A stretch of 64,000 bases of DNA, taken from contig MU058658.1 of the NCBI GenBank assembly GCA_013265495.1, positions 309,059 through 373,058 of the forward strand, read 5' to 3'. Source of the stretch: Vicugna vicugna (taxonomy: Eukaryota). Shown here piece after piece: positions 36,999 to 50,789 of the stretch (position 1 is its first letter; each line of letters starts with the position of its first letter). The notes under the pieces are model-generated. The model saw only the letters and a list, made by a program, of their open reading frames with translations. It was not told where the DNA came from and did no database searches. A program made the position numbers and the translations under genes.

Positions 36999-37419
36999 TG
37001 AGACAAGCTGGGACCTGGGACCTGGGCTCTTTGCTGCAGGGCTTATACATGGACAAATGTCTTCCTGAGCAACAAAATACAAAGAAACTATAAGGGACCA
37101 AAAACAAACTGCATACATGCTCAGTTAGGTCAAATTATGAACAAAATATAAAAAGGCATGAACAAAAGCAGGGGACTGCCCATGGATTTCTGCACATAGC
37201 ACCACCAAGAGGGTGGACAGACCAAGTGAGCCACCCCACAGGATCTGTCCCCACCATCACCCCATGTAAGGGATCAGCAAGGAGGTGAACAAGGGCACCT
37301 GTTATTTGTTTCTGCTCCCTCCTGCTGCAGCAGGAGTCCCAATAAAACCTTGCTTGAATTTCTCATCTGACCTATCAATTTCACTTGATTAAAAATTGCG
37401 AGAACCCTGGCAGGTAACA
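36999..37419 (+). mobile_element. Full-length LTR
   Basis: TG...CA termini, TATAAAAA at 37147-37154 and AATAAA at 37341-37346. Confidence 0.75.
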
Positions 37420-37519
37420 GATGCAGTTTGTCTGAGCCACAGTGTGGTAGCATGTGCTCATTTGGTTTTGCAGGTTAGGAGAACATCTGAAGTAGTATGT
37501 CTCCATACATCTCTGAGAT

Positions 37520-38060
37520 CAGTGAGGACTACATTCCACGGAAATCTCAGTGAGTTCCCTTCAAGAAGCGGGAATCCGAGCTCGTCCGCAGAACCCCAGA
37601 AAACCTTCCCAGCAACCCTCCCCGTGCGGCCGGCCCATTCCAGGAGGTGGGGCCAGGAGCGCTGTGAACCACATTACCCGGAAGGCTCTGCGCCGCGCGG
37701 CGTCGGGTCTGGGCCAATGAGGACTCACAAGAGAGGCACTTCCGCGCGAAGGGAGGGCGTCTGGGCGGGCCTTCCGGAGTCCACCTCCGGCGACATTTTG
37801 TAAACTCGGAGCTGTCCGCTGGTCGGGAGCTTCGGGAGGAGGCCGGGCCGCCTGAGGTAAAGAGCCGCGGAGGGGCCCCGCCCGCTGCTCTGAGGCGGGT
37901 CTGAGGCTCGGGCGTGGCCGTCAGCCGGCCTGACTCTGTCGCGGGGCCGGACGAGGGACCGCCGTGGCCGGGGCCCACCTTAGCCCGCGGACGCCGGTGG
38001 CGGGGGCTGAGCTGATGGGTCCGATTCAGGTAAGTGCTGCGCCCTGCGCTCCGTCACCCA
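37520..38060 (+). promoter_or_regulatory. CpG-island promoter and exon 1 of the + strand KRAB-ZNF
   Basis: SBS-like ACCACATTACCCGGAAG at 37668-37684, CCAAT at 37714-37718, CACTTCCG at 37737-37744, donor CAG|GTAAGT at 38029. Confidence 0.85.
38015..38029 (+). CDS. Coding part of exon 1 of the + strand KRAB-ZNF (MGPIQ)
   Basis: ATGGGTCCGATTCAG|GTAAGT, phase 0. Confidence 0.75.
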
Positions 38061-39607
38061 GCACGTCCCATTCTGCAGTATTTTTGTTCTTATCAGTGTG
38101 TGCTTATGAATGTCCTTTATTTACATTTATCCTTTCAAGGCTTGGTTTTTCGCATTTCGAAATATGACGTGCTTTTAAAAAGTGCACAGAACGTCCATAT
38201 TGCAGTTGAATGACCAGCTCTGAAATTAGTATCTTTCGCCGCTGAAGTCAAGAAACGTGATATAAATAGGATTCCAGAAGCCATCTGTGCGGTCTTCCCA
38301 AAAGAGTTATCTCCATCCCCGAAGTTAGGGTATTGTCTGATGTTACAAGTTAGCATTTTCTTGCCTTTTATATATATAGTTTTGTCAACCATGCGGAAAA
38401 TATTCAACGACTGTAGTTTAGTTTTGCTCGCTTGTTTTAAAACTTTATGAATGGAATCATATAAGTATCATGATGTGTTTTTCTTGGCACAGTATTATGT
38501 GATCTTATCCATGTATTCCATGGCTATCCATTCATTTTCCTTTTTGTGCGGTATTCTGTAGTATGAGCATATGAGTAAAACGTCATAATAAATTCTCCTG
38601 TTGAAGAATTTTCTTTGTTTATGGGTTTGGTTATGGTTTTTTTGGTCTATGTTTTCTGTATTTATCAACATTGCCACTGTAGTATCAGCCATGTGTTCTA
38701 GCATATACTCAGCATACATTTGTCTAGCATGTTAAAATTAATATTGTACTTAAATGAGCATTTCCATTTTTTGATCTTGTTTTGCTCCATGTTACTGATT
38801 TTAACTCAGCTCTTTGAAATTATTATACTTATTCGTAATCTATTCCATAGTTATATTTTGATAGACATTTACACATTACGTAAATTGACTGTTTTATAGT
38901 ATACAGAGGGTTTTTGTTTTTAAGAGATTGTACTTTTCCAGTAATGTTTATATTACTGTTAAATAACCTCTGGTGATATTGCAAGAGGAAATGGTTAGGA
39001 TATTTTGTTAAAATACTTGTTTTAAGGGGGCAGAAATGATAAAAAATTATAATGCTTCAAAACCATAACAGGATATTTAGAACCCAAGAAGATGTTTTTA
39101 TGTTTATATAATTAGAATGGGATAGAGGTCCTATAGCTTGTTTCTTTTCTCTTAAGTTTAAGCAGTCAGAAATCCCAAGTTATCCCGAACTGCTGGAGGC
39201 ACTTTTACTGTGATTCTAGCAACAATCCCTTTATCAGAGGTTCATTTAGAATGTGAAGTCTATCACACTCGGAGAGAACAGCATGTAAGAAATTACAGAT
39301 AACCTCTCTAAACATTTATGGAAAATTTTTAGCATCAAAAAATATAGATAAACATAAAAAGTACATAATTCTGAATTGTTTGTATAATGTTATAATAATT
39401 TCAAAACAATTTAATCTGTAAATTATGTAAGCTGGAATTTAATATAAAAGTAATTTTTACTATAACCAGAGTAAAATTTGAAAAGGAAGTATAAGAATTC
39501 TTGGCCAGCTGTTAGGACCAACTATGAGCTATGGGAAAAGAAGAATGTATTATTGGTGAGGGAGAAACATTACGGGGGGAATCAAGGAAGTGTCAGAGAT
39601 AAGATAA

Positions 39608-39660
39608 CTCTCTCTCTATATATATATGTATATGTGTGTATATATATATACACACACACA
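39608..39660. repeat. Compound (CT)(TA)(TG)(CA) microsatellite within an L1 3' fragment (~39600-39800)
   Basis: Read directly from the sequence; followed by the L1 motif ATAACAAGGTCCTGCTAGATAGCACAGGGAACTA. Confidence 0.8.
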
Positions 39661-40155
39661 AAATAGATAACAAGGTCCTGCTAGATAGCACAGGGAACTA
39701 TGTTCAGTATTCTGTAATAAACCATAATGAAACAAAAAGGAAGTGTCTGAAACAGACATGTACAATAAAATGAGACTTAATTTTGATATTTGTGGCTCAA
39801 GATTATAATAGTACTGTATGACCTGCCACAACCATTTTCTCCCCAACACTATCCCTTATTCTTCTGGCTCACTAGGCTCTAGTCACACTAACCTCATGAT
39901 TGCTACTCAGACACATCCAGCATGACCCCAACAGAGAGGCTTTGCACCTGTTTCTCCCACTGCGGGAAAGCCTTTTCTCGAGATACCCACTTGACTTGAC
40001 AGCACAACTCCATAACATTTTCTGCCCTCTTCTATGTGCTTTACTTTACTTTGCACCTTTATCTTCACCTGAAATATTAGGTGGTTCACGCATGTATCTT
40101 TTTTTGTCTGTGTCATGGTTGGGAATTCAGTGACGTGACCCTGCTCTTCCTGCAG

Positions 40156-40194
40156 GTTCCACGTTCAGCAGGACCACTTATGGCCCCTGCACTG
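40156..40194 (+). CDS. 39-nt micro-exon 2 of the + strand KRAB-ZNF (VPRSAGPLMAPAL)
   Basis: CTGCTCTTCCTGCAG|GTT...CTG|GTGAGT, phase 0/0. Confidence 0.78.
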
Positions 40195-41903
40195 GTGAGT
40201 GTCACGTGTCCTGGAACTCTTTTTGCTCCCACTCTTCCTGGCCTAGGTGTCTGGACACCCTAGAGAAACCCTAAGCCCGGTTCCTAAGTCCAGGCCACAT
40301 GTTATATGGAGAGATTCCCCACGTTTGGCAACCTGCAGGCTGAGATGTGAAAGGTGTCCTAGGTATGGGGGTTAGTATGCACCAGTGCTTGGAGATGAGG
40401 TGGAGATGGGCGTGTTCTAGGCCTTGGAGGCGTCAGCTAGTGTCTGGTGAGAATAGAGAGCAAGGGAGCAAGTGTCAGGCCTGGAATGGTAGCCTGAGAA
40501 GTGCGGTTCCTGTTCTGAGAGTGATGGCAGCCATGGAGTTTTTGGAACAGAGGAGAAAAATGACCTGACTTAGGTTCTAACGGGCTACCCCTGGCTGCCG
40601 AGAGAACAGACTGGGGGAGAGGAAGACAAGGAGATCATGGAGGAGACTGTTGCATCTATCCAGAGGAGCACTGGTTGTGGCAGGACCAGAGTGGTGTATT
40701 ATATTATTATATAATAATATGTGATATGATATTAGTGCATTATATTGGTGGATGTAGAGGTAAGAGAAATACTTGTTGGCTCCTGAATTTGTTTTTAAAG
40801 TAGGGGCTGACCCGAGTTTCTAATGTGGAGGGGTCACAGATGACTCCAAAGTTTTTGCCCTTTGCGTCCGGATGGTTGGGAGGGCCATCAACTCAGATGA
40901 GGAAGTCAGTGGCAGGAGTACTTTTCAGTGAGAATATTAGGAATTGGGTTTTGGCCACGCTGAGTTTCAGATGGTCCAGAGACTCCCAAGTGTAGGAGAC
41001 AAGTGGACAGGTGAACATGCAGGGCTAGAGTGCTGGGGAGGGCTTCAGGTTGCTATCAGGGGACAAGGGAGGAGAGGGGGGCTGTGGATGTCACAAAGAC
41101 ATACAAGAGTAATGGTAATCAGCAGGAGGGGAGGGGAAAGTCCAGCATGTGGTCAAGGTTTTCATGAGGGCGTGGCTGTGAAGTTGACGCAGAGGGAAAA
41201 CAGTAAAGGAGGTGGGGTGATAGCAGAGTCAGGCTGGTGCTTATTCACCCTCTCCGGCACCCACCAGGTTTTTGTCAGAACGTCAGATTAGTTTACCTAA
41301 GGTGCGTCAGGTGGGTGTGGACTTTGAATGGTGTTATGTGGACAGAGATTGTAACTGGTGAAGAGACAGGATGTGCAGTATAGAAGTGGAACCTGACCAG
41401 GGGTGTTTAGATCTGCATGCTGTGACTGAGGTTGAAGTCGGGAACAAGGCCTCTTCAGAACAGGACTAGGGGGTGCACAGTAGGATCCTGTTGCACTTGC
41501 CAAGCCCTTTTTGAATGCTCTGTGTGGGTGGGTATGTGAGGAGGCCAGAGAAATGCCGATTTTGTGGGCCTGGTGGTGGTGATGGGGTCAGGAGTATGAG
41601 GAGGTCTGGTGAGTAATATGCACACGGAGGAGGTGTGTGAATGAACTGCCCTGGGGCCCTGGCACTAGGAGCTTAAGAGAAAAGGATGGACCCAGGTGTG
41701 TTTGTGTCTGGGAGATGTGGTCGTGGGGACTCTCAGGCGCTTATCTTGCAGGAAAGGGGGGCCTGTACAGCAGGCCCAGAGCTTAGATGGCCTCTCTCTG
41801 TCCCCCTGCCTGTGGTTGCTGAGAGTTGGACCTAGTGATTAAGGAGGCATGGAGAGGCTGGGTACCACTACCCTTGAAGCTGGGGAGCTGGGGAGGAGGA
41901 TGA

Positions 41904-42269
<366 letters not shown>

Positions 42270-42598
42270 TAGCCCCCATAACAGCTGCTCAAAGGTTTTC
42301 TGGGTCAAAAGACTTGGAATTAGTCCAGTGGGTTCCATCAGTCTCAGCCACTCCCTGCTAAGCTGACTCTGTAGCCCCTAGGCCACCTCTGCTCCAAGGT
42401 TCTGTCCCCTTCCAGCTGATGTTTCCTGGGGCGTGGCTGTACAAGGAAATTGTTGGGACCCAACATGGTCAGTACTTGTGGGGTCCACATGGCTGTTTCT
42501 GTGAGACTTCCTGAGACATTCCTTTTGTGATATATGGCTTCATGATTTGTTCCCACCGGGCCAGTACTGACTGCTCACCTGTCCTGTCTTTCCCTTAG

Positions 42599-42721
42599 GA
42601 CTTGCATCTTCTAGGTCCCATGTTGTTGTCCAGCTGGAGCTGGGAGGAGAACCCTGGGTACATGACAGAGTGGACATGACTCCAGGCACAGCAAGAGGGG
42701 CTCAGAGTGGGCCTGGCCCTG
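42599..42721 (+). CDS. KRAB-B-type exon of the + strand KRAB-ZNF
   Basis: 123 nt, phase 1/1, encoding GLASSRSHVVVQLELGGEPWVHDRVDMTPGTARGAQSGPGP. Strong acceptor, weak donor G|GTGGTT. Confidence 0.75.
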
Positions 42722-43314
42722 GTGGTTGGCATCAGGGGGAGGATGTGAGATCATGGCCTGTGCCCCTCCTTTCTATCTTTCTTCCACATTCTGGACACTC
42801 TGCTCCTTCTGTCATTTCTACTCTGACTTCCAACCCAGGCTTATCCCTCACCTCCCTGACTCCCACTGCTCATTGGTTCTCTCGTCACTCTCTGGTATTG
42901 GCCTACACTTAATGTGTCATAAGGTCTGCACGTGTCCTTAAAATAGTCCTTGAATACCAGCTCCTCAGTGACAGTTGGAGTTTCCTGGGCCTGGACACAC
43001 CCTTCCACACAGCACACTTGTGTCACCGGCTGCCAAGGCCCTGGTGCAAACCGTTCCTGGAGGAGTGAGTTGTGGACCCCTGGCTCCTCCCTGCACTCCA
43101 CCCCATCCTTGTGTCTTTTGTCTGGTGAGTCTCCCCTTGTCCCGTGGCATCTAGAGGCCCAGTGCTGCACAGCAGCCCTCTCCTAAGTGCCCCCAGCTCC
43201 CCTGTCCTGAACAGTCCCACGGATTTGTTCCTTGGTATGCCAGACACACATTTGTGATGGGGCTGCCTCCTCCCAAAACCTACATGAAGTTCACTAGCAT
43301 CGTTCTGCTTTCAG

Positions 43315-44699
43315 GTTGTTGGCGCCGAGCAGAGGACAAGGAGACAACTTGTGTGCAAGAAGTTTCTGGAAAAGGGCCACAAGTAAATACTTCAAAGGCG
43401 GACCTGTCCAACCAGAAGGCCTACCCCTGGGAGTTACGTAGCCTGGACTTAGAAGGTGGTTTCTATCTAGCTGAGGACCTGGGAACAATCTCTGGCCAGA
43501 AACCATGTGGGGCAGGTGTGAAATTTCCCCAGCACAGTGGAGAGAAAGTGTTTAAAAGAGACGTGCATAAGGCCTTTATGAAGAGCCACATAGTCCGTGC
43601 GTCCAAGAAGTCTTCCACGTGCCAGGAGGCTGGGACGGATTCTGCTGGTAGCTCTGGCCGCCTCCGGCACCAGGTCACACCACAGAAGGACACCGAGTGT
43701 GTGGAGGCCTCTCACAGTGGACAGAGGCACTATAAGTGCAGTGAATGTGGGAAAGCCTTCTGCCGCAAATACAGACTTGCTCAGCACCAGAGAGTCCACA
43801 CTGGAGAAAGGCCTTATAAGTGCAGTGAATGTGGGAAAACCTTCAGCTATAAACACATACTTGTTCAGCACCGGAGGGTCCACACTGGAGAAAGGCCATA
43901 TGAGTGCAGCGAATGTGGGAAAGCCTTTAGCAACAAACCCACACTTGTTCGGCACCAGCGAATTCACACCGGAGAAAGGCCTTATGAGTGTAGTGAATGT
44001 GGGAAATTCTTTAGCCAAAGCTCTAGCCTTAGTGAACATCAGAGAATTCACACTGGGTCACGGCCCTATAAATGCAGTGAATGTGGAAAATTCTTTACTT
44101 CCAACTCCAACCTAATTAAACACCAGAGAGTCCACACAGGAACAAGACCTTATGAGTGCAGTGAATGTGGGAAATTCTTTAACCAAAGTCCCAGCCTCAT
44201 TAAACATCAGAGAATCCACACTGGGGAAAGGCCATATGAATGTACTGAATGTGGGAAACTTTTTAGCCAGAGCTCTACTCTAATTAAGCACCAGAGGGTT
44301 CACACTGGAGCAAGGCCTTATAAGTGCACAGAATGTGGGAAACTTTTTAGCCAAAGCTTTGGCCTCACTCAGCATCAGAAAGTTCACACTGGAGAAAGAC
44401 CACTTGAGTGCACAGAATGTGGTGAATGCTTTAGCCAAAGCAACCAACTTACTCAGCACCGAAAAGTTCACAGAGGAGAGAGGCCTCTGGATTGCAGCAA
44501 CTGTGGAAAAGTCTTCAGTCAGAAGTCTGCTCTGATTGAGCACCAGAAACTTCACAGCCCAGACAGGCCTTACGAGTGCAGTGAGTGTGAGAAAGCATTC
44601 AGCAGACGGTCTAACCTCATTCGCCACCAGAAAGTTCACGCTGGAGAAAAGCCATCGAATGAGACAGGGACGGCAGGGAAGGAGCTATGTCCTTGTTGA
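43315..44699 (+). CDS. Last exon of an unassigned KRAB-ZNF with 11 C2H2 fingers; full spliced protein about 562 aa
   Basis: Acceptor CTTTCAG|G at 43314/43315; 11 tandem CxxC-x12-HxxxH fingers with TGERPY-type linkers; stop at 44699. Confidence 0.93.
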
Positions 44700-45599
44700 C
44701 CGCGTCACACTAAATAGGCTTTGTCCGGGAGCCATCAACCTGAAGTTGAACACCATAGACCTGAACATCCGTTGTGTGGAGATTGCCTGGGAGTACCAGG
44801 CTCGTAGGCAGCTTTGAAGGAGCACATTGTACTTTCTAACCTGCCCAGGGCCCTTGCCAGACTTCCGTCGCTGAGTTCTATGGTAGAAGTCATGTTACCT
44901 CTACCAAGTGGCAGATCGCCCCACTGGACATCCGTCATCTGTGAGCTGGGTGACCTTCGTGCGTGCCCATCACCTGGAGGGAAGCGTGAGCAGTCTGAGC
45001 ACTCTGGTGGTGTCACTCTCTTCTGCCTGACTGACCAGGACATGGACCTAACTGAGACAGCTTGAACAGGACCCAGTCTGGGTTCGCCAGTGGCTTCCAG
45101 AGGTCCCCTTCTTCAGTGGCATTGTCTCTTGTAGTGCCCAGGATGCATCTTTCTTGCTCCACGTGACCCAGTTTCGGAACTTTGTATACCTTGGTGGGAA
45201 TAGTATAACGGCAGAGAATGGTTTTCACTTCAGCTTGGTCTAATTTGCTTTCTTGTCCGAGGCCTCCTGGTGCAGACTACAGGGCTTTGTGTGACTAACC
45301 TTGTGACATAACGTAAAGGGTTTTAGGATTCCCATGGTGGCTCCAGCTTGTTTATCTCAAGGCCATTGATACACATGAATGAGAATGGAAATCATCTAGT
45401 CCAGGGATGTGACTTTTCTGACTCAGGTAGAGTTCTTGGACAACTCAAGTGAACACGTCTTTCTTGGCTCCCCGGCGTTCTTTGCTACTGCGGCAGAGTC
45501 CCTCCCATGAGGTAGGAGAGGTGATGGAGTTAACTTGTGGTTACCAGAGTTCCTTCCACTTTTCCAAAAAGGAGGTTCAGATTTTATGTAAAGCCAATT

Positions 45600-46260
45600 T
45601 CTGTTAAAACTTCATTGAGCTAGACTGTTGGTATACAAAGCACCGAACATACTGAAAATGTACAGCGCGGTTAGTGTTAATATGTAAACTCACAGAACCG
45701 TGGTCATAACAACAAACATCTGTCGCTTCCACAGCTACCTTCTGACATCTCTCCCCAGACGGCCAGGCAACTACCATTGATTTACTGCCTTTCACATTCG
45801 TATTTGCCTTGTTCTCTCGCGGTGCAGAATCATTTTGAGAATCATCCAGTGGCAGATGTGAATAGTGCATTTTTTTTAAATTCCTGAAAGATACACTGTA
45901 TATACTGTCATTTGACTGGGTTTATCCATTCATCTGTTAACGGATGAATGGGGTTTTGTGGTTTGTTTCCAGTATGGCTATCACAGATATGCTTACTATG
46001 AACCATGTACATAAAATTCTTTATTTGAATATATAGTTTCATATTCTGAAGTGAATGGCTGTACCCTTTTGCCTCCCCACCTGGAGTACGAGAGCACTCC
46101 AGTTCCCTTATGTTCCTCACCAGCACGGGTTTTTAAAGTGTGTAGTGGTATCTCACTGTGGTCTGATTGCATTTTCCTAATGATTTATGATCTTGGACAT
46201 TTTTAATGTGTTGCTAGCTGTGTATCTTTGATAGAGTGTTTTATTGAAGTATAGCTGATT
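45600..46260 (-). mobile_element. Old L1 fragments
   Basis: TGTAGTGGTATCTCACTGTGGTCTGATTGCATTTTCCTAATGA and related L1 reverse motifs. Confidence 0.7.
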
Positions 46261-46350
46261 TATAATGTATTAATGGAATGTCTGTTCATCTTATTTATTT
46301 ACCACTTGTTAATGAATGTTGGCTGGTATTTCCCTAATAACTGAGAAGAC

Positions 46351-46403
46351 AATAAATGTGTTGGAACGTCACTGCCTTCAGGGACTTTGCTGGGTGGAAT
46401 AAA
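46351..46403 (+). terminator. Candidate polyadenylation signals of the + strand ZNF gene
   Basis: AATAAA at 46351-46356 and 46398-46403, with GT-rich sequence downstream. No transcript evidence. Confidence 0.35.
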
Positions 46404-47949
46404 ATGTTTGTGCTGTCATCCACAATGTGTGGTCCTCATTACTAACATTCAAAAATGGTGGCCCTTGGCATGATCTGAGGGTGTAGTCTTTGGTGGGCTG
46501 ATGTAAAAAGGTTGTTCCTCAGACACCCGTGCAGGCTTAGTTTTAGGCGTTGGTGGTTCCAACCAGTCTTGGTCGGTTCGAACTGGACAAGAGCTGACTC
46601 CCAAGTTGCTAAAAAAACCCCAAACTTGAGCCCCCGTTACTGTAGTGATCCCCACATGAGGGTGTCATCTACAGGGGTCACCAAGGAGTCTTGAGATTCA
46701 TTCCCTAGGCCACGTGAAGCTTGGAGGGTACGCAGTTACAGAGGGGGAAGAAGCGAGCTCAAGCAGTGAAGGCAGTTCACAAGCAGAGGGGTTTCAGCAA
46801 GCTGTTCCCTCTCCCGGGGCTCTGTAAGGCAAGCTCAGGAGTTCCTGCTAGTCCCCAGCGTCTGCTGACCTGATGGGGCACGGTTTCAAGGCCACCGAAC
46901 ATGGACTTGGGAAGACGTGTGCAGTAGCACCCCGTTACGTTCTGTTTCCATTACACAGACACCCACAAACAACCTTAAGAGCACAGACGATAGTAAAATG
47001 TAGTAAAATAAGGGACAAGTTTTGAGCATTTTTACGTCAACAACTTGTAAAGGATTGTAACACCACAGGCCTGAGTTGTCCGATTCTCTGTTCAATCCAA
47101 AGAAATATTTGGCACAGACTTGCCCAGCTCCTGGGCAGGAACCTCTAAGCCCTGGAAACATTCGACCTAATGAGAGTGTCTTTCCTTATCTGGGGCCTTG
47201 GGCCGTGCTAGGTAGCTTCTGCTACTGACATGACATTCGGAGAAGCTAGAGAGAGTAACTATGATCCAGGCAGAGCTGCTCCTCGTCTATGTGACGGATA
47301 GTAAAACATACCTGGACAACGCCGAGGCTCATGTGGGGTGTCCGTGGGGCTCCCTGGTTAGCAGCAGTTCCTGTGAGTTGTCGCACATCTCTGTCATGAG
47401 ACAAACCAGAAGATTAACTGGAAGCTGGCAACTTGGCCCCAGGCTCTGTCCTATTGTGCCGTCTTCTTTTGATGCTTTTCCCTGAGTCCTGTAGATTCTG
47501 AGGGTTTTCCAGAACATCATTGTGTTTTTAAAAGCTTTGCTAAGAATAATTGACTTAAAATACACTTGAAGGGCAGGGTTTGATAAAGCTCTGGCACAGG
47601 CTTAACACGTCTGAAGCCAAAAGTGTTCTCGGGCCATTTGTAATTTTATCCCCTCTTTAAACCTACAGAATTGATGCTAGAAGTTATTCCCCCTTTTTGT
47701 GACAGGTGTTTTCAAACATATACAAAAACAGAAAGGACTGTGTCTGCAGCCCAATGGGCCCATCTCCAAATTTTCACCATTATTGTTTCTTGGATGTTCT
47801 TTCATTTTATTCCCTGGTTCACATCACTGGGTCATTTTTACATAGACTGCCTAGCCCCACCTCATGTAACTCCTGAATCATTCAGAATGCATTTTCAAAG
47901 ATGTACGTAAGCACTTTTTCATAACTTCCATAATTTGATCACACAAATA

Positions 47950-48199
47950 CAGGAATGCCCTGCTTTTTGAAAGTTCACCTTACACCACATTGATTTTATG
48001 AAAGACTAATCAAAAGAAATCTGAAAAGAATTTTAGTCGCTCTTATGAAAATAGCCACTACACTATACAGTGTAGATTCTTTCATAATTGAAGTGGCTTA
48101 TCTAGAACTTTCAGAAAGCAGGGGATACTCCCCCATTATGGCATTTCAGCTTATGAAAAGTTTCATAGGAAAGATCTACCTGGGGTTAGGAGAAACCTG
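47950..48199. mobile_element. MER6/Tigger-like DNA transposon (MITE-sized)
   Basis: TA-CAGG...CCTG-TA termini; CATTTCAGCTTATGAAAAGTTTCATAGGAA resembles MER6 as I recall it. Confidence 0.65.
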
Positions 48200-48219
48200 T
48201 AATTAAGACTCTGTTACTA

Positions 48220-48340
48220 GGGGAGGGTATAGCTCAGTGTCTGGAGTGAGTGCTTAGCACACATGAGGTCATGGGTTCAATTCCCTGTACCTCCATTAAA
48301 AAAAAAAAAGCTAATTACCCCTCATCCCCAAAAAAAAGAC
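48220..48340 (+). mobile_element. tRNA-Ala-derived SINE
   Basis: GGGGAGGGTATAGCTCAGTG...GGGTTCAATTCCCTGTACCTCC; imperfect flanking repeat AAGACTcTgTTACTA / AAGACTaTaTTACTA. Confidence 0.9.
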
Positions 48341-48351
48341 TATATTACTAA

Positions 48352-48700
48352 ATTGTATATCTGGAGGGAACTCGACTTTGAAAAGATGCATGCACCCCAA
48401 TGTTCACGGCAGCACCATTTACAATAGCCAAGACACGGAAACAACCTAAATCCATCATCCATGGACAGATGACTGGATAAAGAAGCTGTGATATAGTTAT
48501 ACAATGGAATACGACTCAGCCATAAAAAGGAATAGTGCCATTTGCAGCAATATAATAGCACAGGAAACTATATTCACTACTTAATACATATAATGAGAAA
48601 GAATATATTCATGTATAAGTATAAAGGAAACATTATGCTGTATACCAGGAGTTGACACCACATTGTAAACTGACTACATTTCAAATAAAAAAATTTAACA
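48352..48700 (+). mobile_element. L1 3'-end fragment
   Basis: GCACCCCAATGTTCACGGCAGC...GATGACTGGATAAAGAAG...AATAAA tail. Confidence 0.88.
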
Positions 48701-48714
48701 AGACTGTTCCTACA

Positions 48715-49202
48715 TTGTGTTAATTTCCTATAGCTGCTATAACGAGTTAACACAATCTTGATGGATTAAGGCAATGTCCATGTAACTATTTTACTGTTCT
48801 GGACGTCAGAAGTCTCTTCCAAAGGAATAGTCAAGGTGTTAGCAGGGCCCGTGGGCCCTCTGGAGGCTTTGGGGGTGAATCCCTGTTCTTGCCTTTTGCA
48901 AAGTCAGGCGCTACATTCTTTGCATTTGTTGGCTCATGACCACTTCCTTCCTCTTCAAAGGCCAGCAGTGTAGCATTTTCTTTAGTCATCAAATTGCTTT
49001 CCGCTATATAGTAGGATCTCCCTCTGCCTCTCTTTTTAAGGAGACTTGTGAGTACATCACTGGGCAAACATAATTTTAGCATAATCTCACCACAAACTCG
49101 CTGTCACACTTGCACAGTCTCTTACTATATAAAGTGACATGTACAATGTCGTGGGATGAAGACACGGACATCTTTAGGGGACATCTATCAGCCTGCCACA
49201 CT
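48715..49202. mobile_element. MLT1-type MaLR LTR
   Basis: CTCTGGAGGCTTTGGGGGTGAATCC...TCTTCAAAGGCCAGCAG...GGACATCTTTAGGGG...GCCTGCCACA. Confidence 0.75.
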
Positions 49203-50789
49203 GAATTTGTCTCTTAAAAGTGTGTTTTAAGGCATACTCATTACAATCAGGATGCAAAATTTACACCCATCCCCTGTAATTTCTGTAAACTAGGTCTTGA
49301 AGAGATGAAGAATTCAGGTCTAGTCTGGCTGGACAGTTGTGCCATGTGGCACTCCTGGAGATACACTGGGTAGGACAGGTGTGTGAAAATGTTCTCTAGA
49401 CAACAGTAGGGAAGAGATGGGTTTAAATCAAAGTGTTTTTTTGTTTTGTTTCCAGAACTAGTTATTAAATTGCAGAAAGTTCGAAATGCCAGATACTGTG
49501 AAAAGGTTACAGCACGTCCTAGTGAACACGATAACCCAGTAAGACCAACAACCGAGCCTCTGCCTGCTTGCAGCTCTTGGCAACCTGCAGTCACCCTGTC
49601 CCTGCCGGCCCTTTCCTGAATATGCAAGCCCCCCAGGCTTAAAACTTCCCTGGTCCAGGTCTTTGAGAGCTATCTTCCTGTCTCCTTACTTCTCACAAGT
49701 AGTAAATGCTTCTGCTTCAACTGAACGTACTTGCTGTGTTCACTGGCTCTGCACCCAAGGGAAGGACCCATTAAATCCAGTAACAATAATGACACCTCAG
49801 CACAACCCGGAGGCCCCTGCATAGGCTTCCTGGGGACACTGTGATGAGGGCAGCATTCTGCATCACCCCCGCCCAGCAAGACTGCACACACACATGTGCA
49901 TTATACTGCATCCACGAAGACAAGATGCGATAGTCCTGAGACACACAGCTGGCATTTACAATGTGCAACAGAGGCTTGTGTGAAATGGAGGGAGGTGCTG
50001 AACCACCCCAGCAGGTATGAGGACACAAATGCACAAATGCTCTAGGGACCCCTGTGAGGCAGGTATGGGACAGGGAGGTCCGGAAGCCTGGTGTGTGGAT
50101 GCACACAGGATCACACAACCACACACATGCAGGTGTGACCAGGTGGTCTCACCCCGGCTTGGAGAAACTCCCCCCTCTTCGCCATCCTAGCCCCAGTCCT
50201 GCAGGTCTGACGATGCACTGACGGTGGTCAGAACAGAAGCCTGGTGCACATGTTGCCACAACCTGGAGCCCCACACAAACACACAGGGACACGTGATGGA
50301 CGCAGATCAGCCCACGCCTTGGTAGCAGAAGACTTTACCCGGAAATGCCTGCTAAGAAGACCGGAGAAGCACAGTCGGAGGAGGGAAGGGGGCAGGGGGC
50401 AGGGCCGCTGGAGGTTAGGGGCTTTTCTGGGGGGTCAGCCTGCACTGGGTCAGTTTCAGGGACAGTGGATCCAAAGCGATCTGGAGATGGAAGGGACTAT
50501 GTTCCTGGGCCGTTAGGCACCGTTCGAGTGATTCGTGTTTCACCCGGCGGGGTGGGTGATCACGGAGCTCTGTGGCCATCCTGGGGGAGTCCTATTTCTG
50601 TCCTATCGTGGTGTTTCTTGGGTTCTTTACTCCCGAGTAGGCGGGCGTTTCGAAGTCTACCCGAGAATTCTTCTTGGTATTCTAATGCAACTACAACAAA
50701 CAGTGAAACACAGAGCTAACTTAAATTCCTGTTAAATTCAGGAAAACAAACACGGAGAAGAAATCTCACCGCATAATTTCATAAAAGTT

